DNA of 64,000 nucleotides, from NCBI GenBank assembly GCA_023442525.1, contig JAEZZA010000017.1, positions 127,340 to 191,339 of the forward strand, in the 5' to 3' direction. The position numbers and the translations under genes were made by a program. The first letter of the stretch is position 1; each line of letters starts with the position of its first letter. The DNA is from Bacteroidota bacterium. Lineage in GTDB: Bacteria; Bacteroidota; Bacteroidia; Bacteroidales; UBA10428. This document shows, piece by piece, positions 52,907 to 63,470 of this stretch. The notes under the pieces were generated by a model that saw only the letters and a list, made by a program, of their open reading frames with translations, was not told the DNA's origin and made no database searches.

Positions 52907-54166
52907 TTACCTGAAAATAATCTGTTTGCGGTTGGGACCCAGTGATACCACTGTAACAGGGATTCCGGTTTCCTTTTCAATGAATTCAATATATTTACGG
53001 AGTTCAGACGGAATGTCGTTTTTGTGATCAATCATTGAAACATCTCCCCATCCTTTGAATTCCACGTATTCAGCTGAATCCACATCATACAGCTCGTAAG
53101 GCAGTTTCTCGGTTATACGGCCGCCTACTTTATAGCCTGTGCAGACTTTAATGATATCGAAACCTGCCAGTACATCTGCCTTGGTCATGTACAATTGGGT
53201 GGCTCCGTTGATGAGAATGGAATATTTTAAGGCAACCAGATCGAGCCATCCGCATCTTCTCGGCCTTCCTGTAGTTGCGCCGTATTCATTGCCTTTGTCC
53301 CTGATCATTTTACCGGTTTCATCATTAAGCTCGGTAGGGAAGGGACCGCTTCCTACCCTCGTGCAATATGCTTTGAATACACCAAATACTTCACCAATAC
53401 GCGATGGGGCTATGCCCAGGCCGGTACATGCTCCTGCACTGATAGTATTTGAAGAAGTCACAAATGGATAAGATCCGAAATCGATATCGAGCATAGTACC
53501 CTGTGCTCCTTCGGCAAGTACCTTTTTACCCAGTAAAAGCTGATGATTTACCTCGTATTCGCTGTCGATGATCCGGTATTTACGTATCTCTTCAATGCCT
53601 TCGAACCAATCCTTTTCCTGTTCTTCAATATTGTAATTGTAATCATACAGCCTGAGCAGATCGATATGTTTCTGCTTAAGCTGATTATATTTTTTCAGAA
53701 AGTCGGGATCCTCAATATCACCAACCCTCAGACCATTCCTGCCGGTTTTGTCCATATACGTTGGTCCGATTCCCTTAAGTGTGCTGCCGATTTTGGTTAT
53801 CCCTTTGGCAGCTTCGGATGCAGCATCCAGAATTCGATGAGATGGAAGTATCAGATGAGCTTTTCGCGAGATCAACAGTTTAGATACCAGGTCAACACCC
53901 AGAGAATAAATCGAATTTGTTTCTTTTTTAAATATAACGGGGTCAATTACTACTCCGTTTCCAATAATGTTTATCTGGTTGTCATGGAATACCCCTGATG
54001 GTATAGTATGCAGTACATGTCGGATGGAATTGAATTCCAGCGAATGGCCGGCATTCGGCCCTCCCTGGAATCGGGCAATCACATTATAGCCCGGAGTCAA
54101 TACGTCCACAATCTTACCTTTGCCTTCATCGCCCCACTGAAGGCCTAACAAAACATCTGCTTTCAT
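52907..54166 (-). CDS. purA: adenylosuccinate synthetase
   Basis: GLQWGDEGKGKIVD P-loop, GIGP, TTGRPRRCGW. Confidence 0.95.
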   Translation of the reverse strand: MKADVLLGLQWGDEGKGKIVDVLTPGYNVIARFQGGPNAGHSLEFNSIRHVLHTIPSGVFHDNQINIIGNGVVIDPVIFKKETNSIYSLGVDLVSKLLISRKAHLILPSHRILDAASEAAKGITKIGSTLKGIGPTYMDKTGRNGLRVGDIEDPDFLKKYNQLKQKHIDLLRLYDYNYNIEEQEKDWFEGIEEIRKYRIIDSEYEVNHQLLLGKKVLAEGAQGTMLDIDFGSYPFVTSSNTISAGACTGLGIAPSRIGEVFGVFKAYCTRVGSGPFPTELNDETGKMIRDKGNEYGATTGRPRRCGWLDLVALKYSILINGATQLYMTKADVLAGFDIIKVCTGYKVGGRITEKLPYELYDVDSAEYVEFKGWGDVSMIDHKNDIPSELRKYIEFIEKETGIPVTVVSLGPNRKQIIFR

Positions 54167-54211
54167 TTATTCAAGGGAATTAATTAACGCTTCCGAAGGT
54201 AGCAATTTTTT

Positions 54212-54679
54212 TCAATCGGAATTTTTTCCCTTCTTATCCTGATTCTCTTTTTTTCGACCGTAGATATATAACGAGTGATGTGAAGGCTCAAAACCATTTA
54301 GTTCACATGCTGTATTGATGATCTCAAGCATTCGGGGGTCGCAGAATTCAATAACCTTACCCGTATCAATATCAATCAGATGATCGTGCTGCATACACTG
54401 ATATGCCTTTTCAAACTGGGCTATATTCTTCCCAAACTGATGCTTCACTACCAGGTTACAGTCGAGCAGTAACTCAATGGTATTGTAGAGTGTTGCCCGG
54501 CTAACCCTGTAATTTTTATTTTTCATGAAAAGAAAAAGCGTCTCAATGTCGAAATGCCCTTCCCTTGAATAAATCTCATCAAGGATGGCATAACGTTCAG
54601 GTGTTTTCCTGTGGCCTTTTTTTTCGAGATAATTTATGAAGATCCTTTTAACAGTCTCTTTTGTTTCGGCAGAAACCAT
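54212..54679 (-). CDS. Fur-family metalloregulator
   Basis: Winged-helix N-terminus and a His/Cys-rich dimerisation domain ([16 protein letters not shown]…C). Confidence 0.75.
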   Translation of the reverse strand: MVSAETKETVKRIFINYLEKKGHRKTPERYAILDEIYSREGHFDIETLFLFMKNKNYRVSRATLYNTIELLLDCNLVVKHQFGKNIAQFEKAYQCMQHDHLIDIDTGKVIEFCDPRMLEIINTACELNGFEPSHHSLYIYGRKKENQDKKGKNSD

Positions 54680-54751
54680 AACCTGTAAAGTTTAATTTCG
54701 GCCGTAAATTTAATATAAAAAACTGATTATTTAGATTAATTTTAAATTGCA

Positions 54752-56980
54752 TTATGAGATGGCCTCCACCCGTTTGACTGCATCCACGCCCTTAATTTTA
54801 TTGAGGCTCATCAGAAGGTTATTTAAGTCCTTTGCGTCATGTACATACAGGTCGATGGTGCCGTCCCATACACCATCGTGACTGGTGAGGTTTATGGTTC
54901 GGATGTTAACATTCAATTCCTTACAAATAACAGTAGTTATATCATTATATATACCAAAACGGTCGATTCCATTCATTGCAATCTTTACCAGGAAAGAAAG
55001 CAATTTGTGGGTGGTCCATTTCACCGGAACCAGTAGTTCGCTCTGACTTGAAAGGAGGCGGATAGCTACTGAGCATTTGGCCTGGTGGATGATGATATTC
55101 TCGTCGTCGGCTGAATTCTTAAAACCGATAACATTATCTCCCGGAATCGGATTGCAGCATTTGGCAACGGTGTAATCAGTGGTTGCACTGTAGATATTTT
55201 CTTTTAGAAGAATAGGAGTTTTCCGGCTATGCGAATTGACTCCGGACCGTTTTGTTCTTCCGGTAGCTTTTCCTAATTGAAGACTCCAGTAATTAACCCA
55301 CTTGTTTTTTGTATTCTGTTTGAGCACCTGTTCGAGATCTTCGAGCTGAATAATCCCGGTGCCTATCTGACTGTAAAGTTCGTCTTTGTTAGTGATTTCG
55401 TATGCTGCCAGGAGTTTCTGAATAATGCGAGCATTGGGCCGCAATTTCACCTCCATCAATTTCTCTTCAAGTACCTTCTTTCCTTTTTCAATCCGGTTCT
55501 TGTTTTCAGCCTTTAAGGCATCCTTGATGGCCGATTTTGCTTTGAGGGTGACCACCAGGTCGAGCATTTCGCGCCGGGGCCTGTAACTGTCAGATGTAAT
55601 TATTTCAACCTGGTCACCGCTTCTCAGGAGATGCGTGAGTGGAACAAGTCGGTGATTTACTTTTGCACCAATGGCTTTGTGACCAATTTCGCTGTGAATT
55701 TCATAGGCGAAATCGAGAACCGTACTGTTTACGGGAAGAGTCCTTGTATCTCCTTTCGGTGTGAAAATGAATATTTCTGATGCAAACAGGTTCAATTTAA
55801 AATCATCGAGGAATTCGAGAGCATCCGAATTGGGATTGGCCAGCATATCCCGGATTCTCTTAAGCCATTTGTCAAGTTCACTAATCTGCGAATTTTCGGT
55901 TTTGTATTTCCAGTGTGCTGCAAAACCGCGCTCTGCAATATCGTCCATTCTTCTCGAACGTATCTGAACTTCCATCCAGTTACCTTTCGGCCCCATAACA
56001 GTGGCGTGAAGGGCCTCATAACCGTTGGCTTTTGGTGTGCTCACCCAGTCGCGTATCCTTTCCGGTTTTGGCATGTAGATATCCGTGATCATCGAATAGA
56101 TGTTCCAGCACTGCGTCTTTTCCGGTATTGATGGCAACGGGTCAAACACAATCCGGATCGCCATAAGGTCATATACTTCTTCAAACGGAATGTTCTTACT
56201 CTGCATCTTGTGCCAGATGGAGTAAATAGATTTATACCTGCCGCTGATATCGTAGGTAATTCCGTTCTTTTCCAGTTGTTCTTTTATGGGTTTCGAAAAT
56301 TCCTCAATAAACTCCCGGTGACTCTTTTCCTGGTGACGGATCTTATCCGACAATTCCTGGAATATTTTAGGATAGCGGTATTTAAGGCTTAAATCTTCCA
56401 GTTCGTTTTTTATCGAATAAAATCCCATACGGTGGGCAAGGGGTGCGTACAGATAAAGTGTTTCTGCAGAGATCTTCATCTGCTTTGCCACCGGCAGGGC
56501 ATCGAGTGTGCGCATATTATGCAACCGGTCGGCCAGCTTTATTAGTATAACTCGCACGTCTTCAGACAACGTCAGCAACATTTTTCTGAAGTTTTCGGCC
56601 TGTAGCGTGGAGTTTTTATCGAATACACCTGATATTTTGGTTAATCCGTCAACAATCGATGCAATCTTTGGCCCGAAATGATTTTCGATTTCTTCGAGTG
56701 AGAACTCGGTATCCTCCACAACATCATGCAATAGCGCGGCTACAATTGATTTGACGCCAAGTCCCATTTCGTGGGTTACAATTTTGGCTACTGCAATGGG
56801 ATGTAGAATATATGGCTCACCAGATCGACGCAATGCGCCCTTATGGGCATTGTAGGCAATTTTAAAAGCCTTACGAATCAATGCCTTATCGCTGCGCTTA
56901 TTACATCGCACGCAACTTTCAAGCAGATCATTGAATTCCCGCCTGATCCTGATTTCTTCAGATGTAAGAGTTGAACTCAT
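54752..56980 (-). CDS. bifunctional (p)ppGpp synthetase/hydrolase, RelA/SpoT family
   Basis: HD domain (HPIAV…HDVVED), synthetase domain, TGS and ACT. Confidence 0.9.
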   Translation of the reverse strand: MSSTLTSEEIRIRREFNDLLESCVRCNKRSDKALIRKAFKIAYNAHKGALRRSGEPYILHPIAVAKIVTHEMGLGVKSIVAALLHDVVEDTEFSLEEIENHFGPKIASIVDGLTKISGVFDKNSTLQAENFRKMLLTLSEDVRVILIKLADRLHNMRTLDALPVAKQMKISAETLYLYAPLAHRMGFYSIKNELEDLSLKYRYPKIFQELSDKIRHQEKSHREFIEEFSKPIKEQLEKNGITYDISGRYKSIYSIWHKMQSKNIPFEEVYDLMAIRIVFDPLPSIPEKTQCWNIYSMITDIYMPKPERIRDWVSTPKANGYEALHATVMGPKGNWMEVQIRSRRMDDIAERGFAAHWKYKTENSQISELDKWLKRIRDMLANPNSDALEFLDDFKLNLFASEIFIFTPKGDTRTLPVNSTVLDFAYEIHSEIGHKAIGAKVNHRLVPLTHLLRSGDQVEIITSDSYRPRREMLDLVVTLKAKSAIKDALKAENKNRIEKGKKVLEEKLMEVKLRPNARIIQKLLAAYEITNKDELYSQIGTGIIQLEDLEQVLKQNTKNKWVNYWSLQLGKATGRTKRSGVNSHSRKTPILLKENIYSATTDYTVAKCCNPIPGDNVIGFKNSADDENIIIHQAKCSVAIRLLSSQSELLVPVKWTTHKLLSFLVKIAMNGIDRFGIYNDITTVICKELNVNIRTINLTSHDGVWDGTIDLYVHDAKDLNNLLMSLNKIKGVDAVKRVEAIS

Positions 56981-57058
56981 TCGGATTCACCAAGGTGCTA
57001 ACGTATACCTGCAAAATTAGCAAAAAAATGCCAAGGTTGTTGGCCTGCCCTTTTGCTC

Positions 57059-58564
57059 TCACCGGTATACCACAGTTACCATTCCTTTGTACTCGCTGAT
57101 TTCGGAGGAATAATTATAAATCTTTAAATAATAAACATATACACCTTCGGAAACATACTTGCCGTTAACTTTGCCATCCCAGGGGCCCGTGCCTTCCCAG
57201 ATTTTTGAACCGAGCCTGTTGTAAATGATCAACTCATAATGCTCAGGTAAAAATGGAAATACCGGGGCAAATACCTGGTTTTCGGCTTCCGTATCGTTGG
57301 GAATAAAAGCATTGGGAATTTGAATCCCAATGTTTACCGGGAAACAACGCTTGTTGGATTCACTTTCTCCGGTTATCCCGAGTGAATTAGTATTTTCTTC
57401 AGCTTTAATGGTATAGCAAACAAGAGCTTCGGCCGGATCGAGATAATTAATCTGATTGCTGATGTCGTCGTTAAAGAAAGTGCTACTGGTAATTCCTACT
57501 TCTTCCGTTACAGGATTGGACCTTCCGATAGTCCTTGTAACCCTGTAGTTGGCCACACCTCCCCGCCAATCCCTGTAGGCATTCCATTCCAGTTGGGCTC
57601 TCAGATCCGTCAATGTTCCGTTCAAAACCAGATTGTTTGCACGGTTTGATTCAATAGCTCCAATAAAACAGTTATTTAAGACTTCCAGCTTGTAAAAATA
57701 TATCGATCCCGGATAGTTCACAGGATCGGTATATAATACCTTACTGGTAGCAACCCTAAACGAATCAATGGCTGTATAGGGTCCGTCGAAACTGTTACTG
57801 CGAAGCAGCCGGTAAGATGTCAGGGGCGAATTTCCTATAATTGTAAAAGAAAGATCAATTCCGTTGGATTCATTAATGGTTGCATAATCTGCATTGATTT
57901 CCGATGGCACGGCAGTCATCCGGGTGTCAACCGATATCATGTTTGATCGTGAACTTCTTCCGTCGGTATGAAATACCTGGATAAAAAGGTCGTAAGTCTG
58001 GCCAATATCCAGATCATCCAGCTCATAAAATGTGGCGCCGGGAGTCAGTGTTTCAACCGTAACATAAATATATGCATCAATTCTTCTTTTGATCTCCACC
58101 CGGTCAACAGATCCCGACCATGCACTGTAGTTGTTCCAGTTCAGATCAATCTGAGAATGACATGAATCAAAAAAAGCCTCAAGAAATATAGTGTTGTGAT
58201 GGGTATCATAAAAACTATCATAACGGTCTCCTCCCCCCAGGTCGTGAACACCCTTTACAGAGTAAGATTCCGACGCTGACATCGCATCCTGAGAAGTAAT
58301 CGGATAAGAATATTGTGGTGCAAATATTGGTTGTGAGATTTCATTAGTGGTGTTTATAACTACTTTTGACTTTTGACCGACATAATAATAATTCACCAGA
58401 TCGGGGGTCGGACTGGGCAGCCAGGTTATAGTAACAAAGTTGGTTTCGGGATCGATATCCACATATAATACTTTAGGCGGATCCGGCCTCAACTCAGAAT
58501 GCTGCCCTGTTAGAGCTTGAAAAAACAACAATACTCCCGCACAAATGAATAAAACGCGCTTCAT
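57059..58564 (-). CDS. secreted protein with T9SS type-B C-terminal sorting domain
   Basis: Signal peptide, Fn3/Ig-like repeats, and a C-terminus …GKYVSEGVYVYYLKI…YKGMVTVVYR typical of gliding-motility-associated CTD (type B). Confidence 0.55.
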   Translation of the reverse strand: MKRVLFICAGVLLFFQALTGQHSELRPDPPKVLYVDIDPETNFVTITWLPSPTPDLVNYYYVGQKSKVVINTTNEISQPIFAPQYSYPITSQDAMSASESYSVKGVHDLGGGDRYDSFYDTHHNTIFLEAFFDSCHSQIDLNWNNYSAWSGSVDRVEIKRRIDAYIYVTVETLTPGATFYELDDLDIGQTYDLFIQVFHTDGRSSRSNMISVDTRMTAVPSEINADYATINESNGIDLSFTIIGNSPLTSYRLLRSNSFDGPYTAIDSFRVATSKVLYTDPVNYPGSIYFYKLEVLNNCFIGAIESNRANNLVLNGTLTDLRAQLEWNAYRDWRGGVANYRVTRTIGRSNPVTEEVGITSSTFFNDDISNQINYLDPAEALVCYTIKAEENTNSLGITGESESNKRCFPVNIGIQIPNAFIPNDTEAENQVFAPVFPFLPEHYELIIYNRLGSKIWEGTGPWDGKVNGKYVSEGVYVYYLKIYNYSSEISEYKGMVTVVYR

Positions 58565-58691
58565 GAAATCAAAACGGTATAGCTGTATTTATATTGCCTT
58601 CAAAGATAGGCTTTTGGGCCGTATTGCAGTTATTTTTAGGTTGAATATTTATGTCGTACAGCATAATATATGCTAAATTTGAATAAACGCC

Positions 58692-59396
58692 GTGATGCAA
58701 ACCGTTAGAAAAACACTCGTGATCCTTACTCTGTTCAGTATAGCCATGGGCTACCTGGAAAGTGCAGTGGTTATTTATCTCAGGGAGATTTACTATCCGT
58801 TCGGTTTTTCTTTTCCGATGGTTAACATGAGCAGAGATATTATGATAACCGAATTGTTAAGAGAAGCCGCTACCCTTATTATGCTTTTTACGGTCGGCTG
58901 GGTTGCCGGACGGAACGGACTTGAAAGGTTCCTGTGGTTTATTTACTGTTTTGCAATTTGGGATATCTTTTACTATGTATTTCTCAAACTTCTCATTAAC
59001 TGGCCTGCATCCCTGTTAACCTGGGATATACTGTTTCTGCTTCCGATGGTATGGACCGGGCCTGTAATAACTCCGGTTATAGTTTCGCTGACCATGATCA
59101 CCTTTGCCCTTTTTATGCTTACCAATGTTATCAAGCCTGGTGCCTTAAGGTTGAAGGGTTTGATGGTGCTGGGGGTATTTCTGATCTTTCTTTCGTTTAT
59201 ATGGGATTTTGCCGGAGTTATGCTTGATCAATACCCCGTGACAAAAATGTTCGACCCCGAAACCAGTCAGCATGAACTCTCAAAATATGTCCCGTATGGT
59301 TTTAACTGGTGGATTTTCATTGGTGGAGAACTGATGGTATTAACCGGGATATCTGTTTCACATCATAATTCCAAAAATATATCTCATGAAAATTAA
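58692..59396 (+). CDS. polytopic membrane protein of unknown function
   Basis: 234 aa, about 6 TM. The 3' end overlaps the GH9 gene start by 11 bp. Confidence 0.45.
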   Translation: MMQTVRKTLVILTLFSIAMGYLESAVVIYLREIYYPFGFSFPMVNMSRDIMITELLREAATLIMLFTVGWVAGRNGLERFLWFIYCFAIWDIFYYVFLKLLINWPASLLTWDILFLLPMVWTGPVITPVIVSLTMITFALFMLTNVIKPGALRLKGLMVLGVFLIFLSFIWDFAGVMLDQYPVTKMFDPETSQHELSKYVPYGFNWWIFIGGELMVLTGISVSHHNSKNISHEN

Positions 59397-61884
59397 ACTT
59401 AAGCAACTCGTATGTCTGCTGTCAGCTGTAATTTTTACTTCACAGGTATTCTCCCAGGCCTGGATCAGGGTGAACCAGATGGGCTATCTTCCCGGAGATA
59501 TCAAAGTTGCTGTATTTCTTAGCAAAGATCCGGTTGATGTTTCTGAGTTTCGTGTACGTGAAGCACTTACCGACAAAGTAATTGCTGCCTTTTCCAATGT
59601 GAAAAGCTATGGTTCGTACCCGCCATTCAGTTCAAGCTATCGTCTCGATTTTTCTTCCTATACCAACGAAGGTGCGGTTTACATTGAAGCAGGCGGTATC
59701 AGGTCGCCCGTATTTAATGTTTCAAATAGTGTATACGACGGTTCGGCCGATTTCCTGTTGCGTTACATGCGCCAGCAGCGGTGCGGCTACAACCCGTTCC
59801 TGAAAGATTCATGTCATACGCATGACGGATATATTATATATCATCCCACCCGCGATTCCATGCATATTGATGTGACCGGCGGCTGGCACGATGCCACCGA
59901 TTACCTGCAATATACCGCAACATCGTCAAATGCCGTATATCAGATGCTTCTTGCCTGGAAAATGAACCCGTCAGCTTTTGGTGATGAACACCTGGCAAAC
60001 GGCGACACCGGGAAAAATAACGTACCGGATATCCTCGACGAGATCAAATGGGGATTGGAATGGCTTATAAAGATGAACCCCGACAGTGGGGAAATGTATA
60101 ACCAGATAGCCGACGATCGTGATCACGCAGGGTACAGGCTTCCCAACAAAGACAGGGTTAGCTATGGAAAAGGACTGGAGCGGCCCGTGTATTTTTGCAC
60201 CGGCGATACGCAGGGGTTGATGGAATATAAAAACAGGGCAACAGGAATAGCATCCACAGCCGGAAAGTTTGCCTCTTCATTTGCCCTTGCAGCTGAGGTT
60301 TTCAGGGAATCGGACCCCGGTTACAGCGAAATGCTCCTGAATAAAGCTATTGCTGCCTGGCGTTTTGGAAAGGCCAATCCCGGCGCATGTCAGACCGCGC
60401 CCTGTGTTGCCCCGTACTTCTATGAAGAGGATAACTGGGTAGACGATATGGAACTCGCGGGCGCAACTATCTATAAACTTACGCGCGATAAATCGTTTCT
60501 CGACGAAGCAGCAGATTATGGCCGGCAGGAAATCTTCACTCCCTGGATGGGTGCCGATACGGCAACACATTACCAGTGGTACCCGTTCCTGAATATGGGC
60601 CATTGGGCTGTTGGCAGTGCCGAAAACAATTATGCAGGCGAATTTGCCGGATACTGGCAAAAGGGTTTGCAAAATGTTTTTGATAAGGGAAAACATAATG
60701 CCTTTCTCAACGGGGTGCCTAAAATATGGTGCTCCAATAACCTTACCGTGGCTCTCATTACCCAATGTCATCTGTACGAAATGTGGACCGGTGACAAACG
60801 CTTCAGAGAAATGGAAGCAGCTTTGCGCGACTGGCTTTTCGGTTGCAATCCATGGGGAACAAGCATGGTTATTGGCCTGCCTGGTTACGGCGATACTCCG
60901 GTTGACCCCCATTCTTCGTTATCGGTATTAAATGGTTATAAGCTTGATGGCGGCCTGGTTGATGGCCCCGTTTATTATTCCATTTTTAAAAACCTGAAAG
61001 GAATTGATGTTGCCGGAAAGGATGAATACAGCGAATTTCAGTCGCATTTGGCCGTTTATCACGATGATAATGCCGATTACTCGACCAACGAGCCAACTAT
61101 GGACGGGACTGCCGATTTTACCTACTATCTGTCGGCCAAACAACATGAAGCTCATCAGGCGGGAAAAAATCAGGAGAATCAGGAGATTAGCCACGGCGCG
61201 ATAATACGTGGCAGAAGGGATGATAAGGTAATTTCCCTGGTTTTTACGGGACATGAATTTGGGAATGGACTTCCACGGATCATGAAAACTCTGAAAAAGA
61301 ATGATATAAAAGCCTCGTTCTTTGTCACAGGCGACTTTTACAGGAACAAAAAGTTTGCATCCTCAATAAAGAAGCTCATAAATGGTGGACATTACCTGGG
61401 TGCCCATTCCGATAAACATTTGCTGTACTGTGCATGGGAAAACAGGGATTCCATGCTGGTAACAAAGGATGAATTTGTTGCCGACCTGAAGGCAAACTAT
61501 GCAGCCATGGTCTCATTTTCTGTTCATCCGCAGAAAGCCCGTTGGTTTCTGCCTCCTTATGAATGGTACAACGACAGCATTTCGTTATGGGCCCGTCAGT
61601 ATGGACTTCAACTGATAAACAACACGCCTGGAACATTATCGGCAGCCGACTGGACTTATCCTTCGGAAGGTATAAAATATAGCACATCAGAAGAGATCTA
61701 TAAAAACATAATCAATTTTGAAAGCACGGAAAAAGACGGATTGAACGGATTTATCCTGTTAACTCATTTGGGAACCGATCCGAAAAGACCCGACCCGTTC
61801 TTTTTGAGACTGGATGAGTTGATTTCGACACTGAAGGGCAGGGGATACCGTTTTATTCCATTGGATGAGTTGCTTCAGAAGTGA
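59386..61884 (+). CDS. secreted glycoside hydrolase family 9 fused to a NodB/CE4-like polysaccharide deacetylase domain
   Basis: Signal peptide. CelD_N Ig-like start (IRVNQMGYLP). GH9 motifs GGWHDATDY, FGCNPWGTSMVIG and NEPTMDG. Linker, then a NodB-like domain (KASFFVTGD, HSDKH motif 2) with a degenerate motif 1 (VFTGHEF instead of TFDDG). Confidence 0.75.
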   Translation: MKIKLKQLVCLLSAVIFTSQVFSQAWIRVNQMGYLPGDIKVAVFLSKDPVDVSEFRVREALTDKVIAAFSNVKSYGSYPPFSSSYRLDFSSYTNEGAVYIEAGGIRSPVFNVSNSVYDGSADFLLRYMRQQRCGYNPFLKDSCHTHDGYIIYHPTRDSMHIDVTGGWHDATDYLQYTATSSNAVYQMLLAWKMNPSAFGDEHLANGDTGKNNVPDILDEIKWGLEWLIKMNPDSGEMYNQIADDRDHAGYRLPNKDRVSYGKGLERPVYFCTGDTQGLMEYKNRATGIASTAGKFASSFALAAEVFRESDPGYSEMLLNKAIAAWRFGKANPGACQTAPCVAPYFYEEDNWVDDMELAGATIYKLTRDKSFLDEAADYGRQEIFTPWMGADTATHYQWYPFLNMGHWAVGSAENNYAGEFAGYWQKGLQNVFDKGKHNAFLNGVPKIWCSNNLTVALITQCHLYEMWTGDKRFREMEAALRDWLFGCNPWGTSMVIGLPGYGDTPVDPHSSLSVLNGYKLDGGLVDGPVYYSIFKNLKGIDVAGKDEYSEFQSHLAVYHDDNADYSTNEPTMDGTADFTYYLSAKQHEAHQAGKNQENQEISHGAIIRGRRDDKVISLVFTGHEFGNGLPRIMKTLKKNDIKASFFVTGDFYRNKKFASSIKKLINGGHYLGAHSDKHLLYCAWENRDSMLVTKDEFVADLKANYAAMVSFSVHPQKARWFLPPYEWYNDSISLWARQYGLQLINNTPGTLSAADWTYPSEGIKYSTSEEIYKNIINFESTEKDGLNGFILLTHLGTDPKRPDPFFLRLDELISTLKGRGYRFIPLDELLQK

Positions 61885-61904
61885 CCGGAACATTGAAAAT
61901 AAGA

Positions 61905-61933
61905 ACAGGGAAGTGTAAATTGCACTTCCCTGT
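61905..61933. terminator. stem-loop terminator between convergent genes
   Basis: acagggaagtg-taaattg-cacttccctgt, perfect 11-bp stem, no strong U-tract. Confidence 0.55.
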
Positions 61934-61955
61934 GAACTGATAACGTAAGCTTGCT

Positions 61956-62738
61956 TTACAACAGGTTGAAAACTATGGGAATAGTATAACGGGTTTTGAC
62001 CGGATTTCCACCCTGTTTGGCCGGTGTCCATTTGGGAGAAGAGGAGATAACCCTGGCAGTGGCTTCGTCAATCTCAGGATGCAGGCTCCTCACAATCACA
62101 ACATCCACTATTTCGCCTTTTTTATTTACACAGAATTGAATGATTACCTTTCCTTTCACTCCGTATTGTTCGGCATCAGGCGGATAGACCATATGATCGC
62201 CGATCCATTTACGGAATTCATTCATATCACCGCCCTGGAAAGATGCAGGTTCAGATGGAAAATCAATGATCGGTCCTTCAGTATCATCAGGTATCGCATC
62301 ATCGGGAGGACCAACCTGAATCTGATCCAGATCGGGCGGAGGTTCATTTACGACAATATCTTTCCAGTCTTCATTGGTCATCATGGGTACATCTTCCGCA
62401 GTTTCTACAACTTCCGGTGCCAGGTTGGTTATCAATTTCCCGGCTATTTTCTCCATATCGGGGGGAGGTGGGGGTAGTGGAACGTCGTTGTTTGGCGCCT
62501 TAGTAAGAATTACCCCGGTAGGGCCTTTAACAACTTCAGGTACAGGTTCATATTTAAGTGAATTAATGAATGGCACGGCAATCCCGGATGCTATTCCAAA
62601 AAATGATATCAGGAAGGCGGCAAGCAGATACCGGTTCCTCTTTCGTATTAATTCAAAGGCTCCGTAAGCCTTGTTTCGGCCTTCGAAGATGAGATCTTCA
62701 AAAGTTCCGGATTTTCTGTTGGTAGGTTGAGTTTTCAT
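61956..62738 (-). CDS. energy transducer TonB
   Basis: N-terminal TM anchor, Pro-rich spacer (PLPPPPPD), and a C-terminal TonB domain. Confidence 0.8.
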   Translation of the reverse strand: MKTQPTNRKSGTFEDLIFEGRNKAYGAFELIRKRNRYLLAAFLISFFGIASGIAVPFINSLKYEPVPEVVKGPTGVILTKAPNNDVPLPPPPPDMEKIAGKLITNLAPEVVETAEDVPMMTNEDWKDIVVNEPPPDLDQIQVGPPDDAIPDDTEGPIIDFPSEPASFQGGDMNEFRKWIGDHMVYPPDAEQYGVKGKVIIQFCVNKKGEIVDVVIVRSLHPEIDEATARVISSSPKWTPAKQGGNPVKTRYTIPIVFNLL

Positions 62739-62867
62739 GGAGGTGGTTTTTAGTGATATTTATTAGCTTGTTTTCAATTAATAGATGTCTGCACAAAAGA
62801 AAATCCATAAATGGGAATGGTTTTTTCAATTTGAAGTTAAATTTGCCCTTATAATTGATTTTCACCG

Positions 62868-63470
62868 ATGTTTTTAAGGCTTAGTCGGAAAAGGATGCCT
62901 CACCACTCATGGCGTGAATTACAGGATGAGGAACTGGTTGCAGGTTATCTTAATAATGGCGATAAGGAGATGATTGCTTTGTTGTTTGAGCGCTATACGC
63001 ACCTGGTATATGGTATTTGTCTGAATTATCTGCCTGATTCCGATCAGTGCAAAGATGCCGTAATGGAGATTTTTGAAAGCCTGTTTCACAAACTCACCGA
63101 ACACCGGATTCAGAACTTCCGAAACTGGCTTTACACGGTTACCAAAAATCACTGCCTTATGCATCTTCGAAAGACTGGTACGATGAATCGGATGAAGAAT
63201 CATATTTCAGAACAAAAACCGGATCAGGATCACGATCCGGATTCTGATCCTGAAGATGACCTGATCTATAGTAAAACGCAGATACAAACTGCCGTTGAGA
63301 GTCTGAATCCCGAACAGTCGGCATGTATACGCCTGATGTATCTTGAAGATAAATCGTACCGGGAAATTTCCGATTTAACCGGATATAGCTTTAACGAAGT
63401 GAAAAGTCATATTCAAAACGGCAAACGAAATCTGAAAAATTATCTACTCAGGCAAAATGGAACCAATTAA
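62868..63470 (+). CDS. ECF RNA polymerase sigma factor
   Basis: Region 2 (…YTHLVYGICLNYL…DAVMEIF…) and region 4 (SYREISDLTGYSFNEVKSHIQNGKRNL). The true start may be Met-10 (62895). Confidence 0.8.
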   Translation: MFLRLSRKRMPHHSWRELQDEELVAGYLNNGDKEMIALLFERYTHLVYGICLNYLPDSDQCKDAVMEIFESLFHKLTEHRIQNFRNWLYTVTKNHCLMHLRKTGTMNRMKNHISEQKPDQDHDPDSDPEDDLIYSKTQIQTAVESLNPEQSACIRLMYLEDKSYREISDLTGYSFNEVKSHIQNGKRNLKNYLLRQNGTN

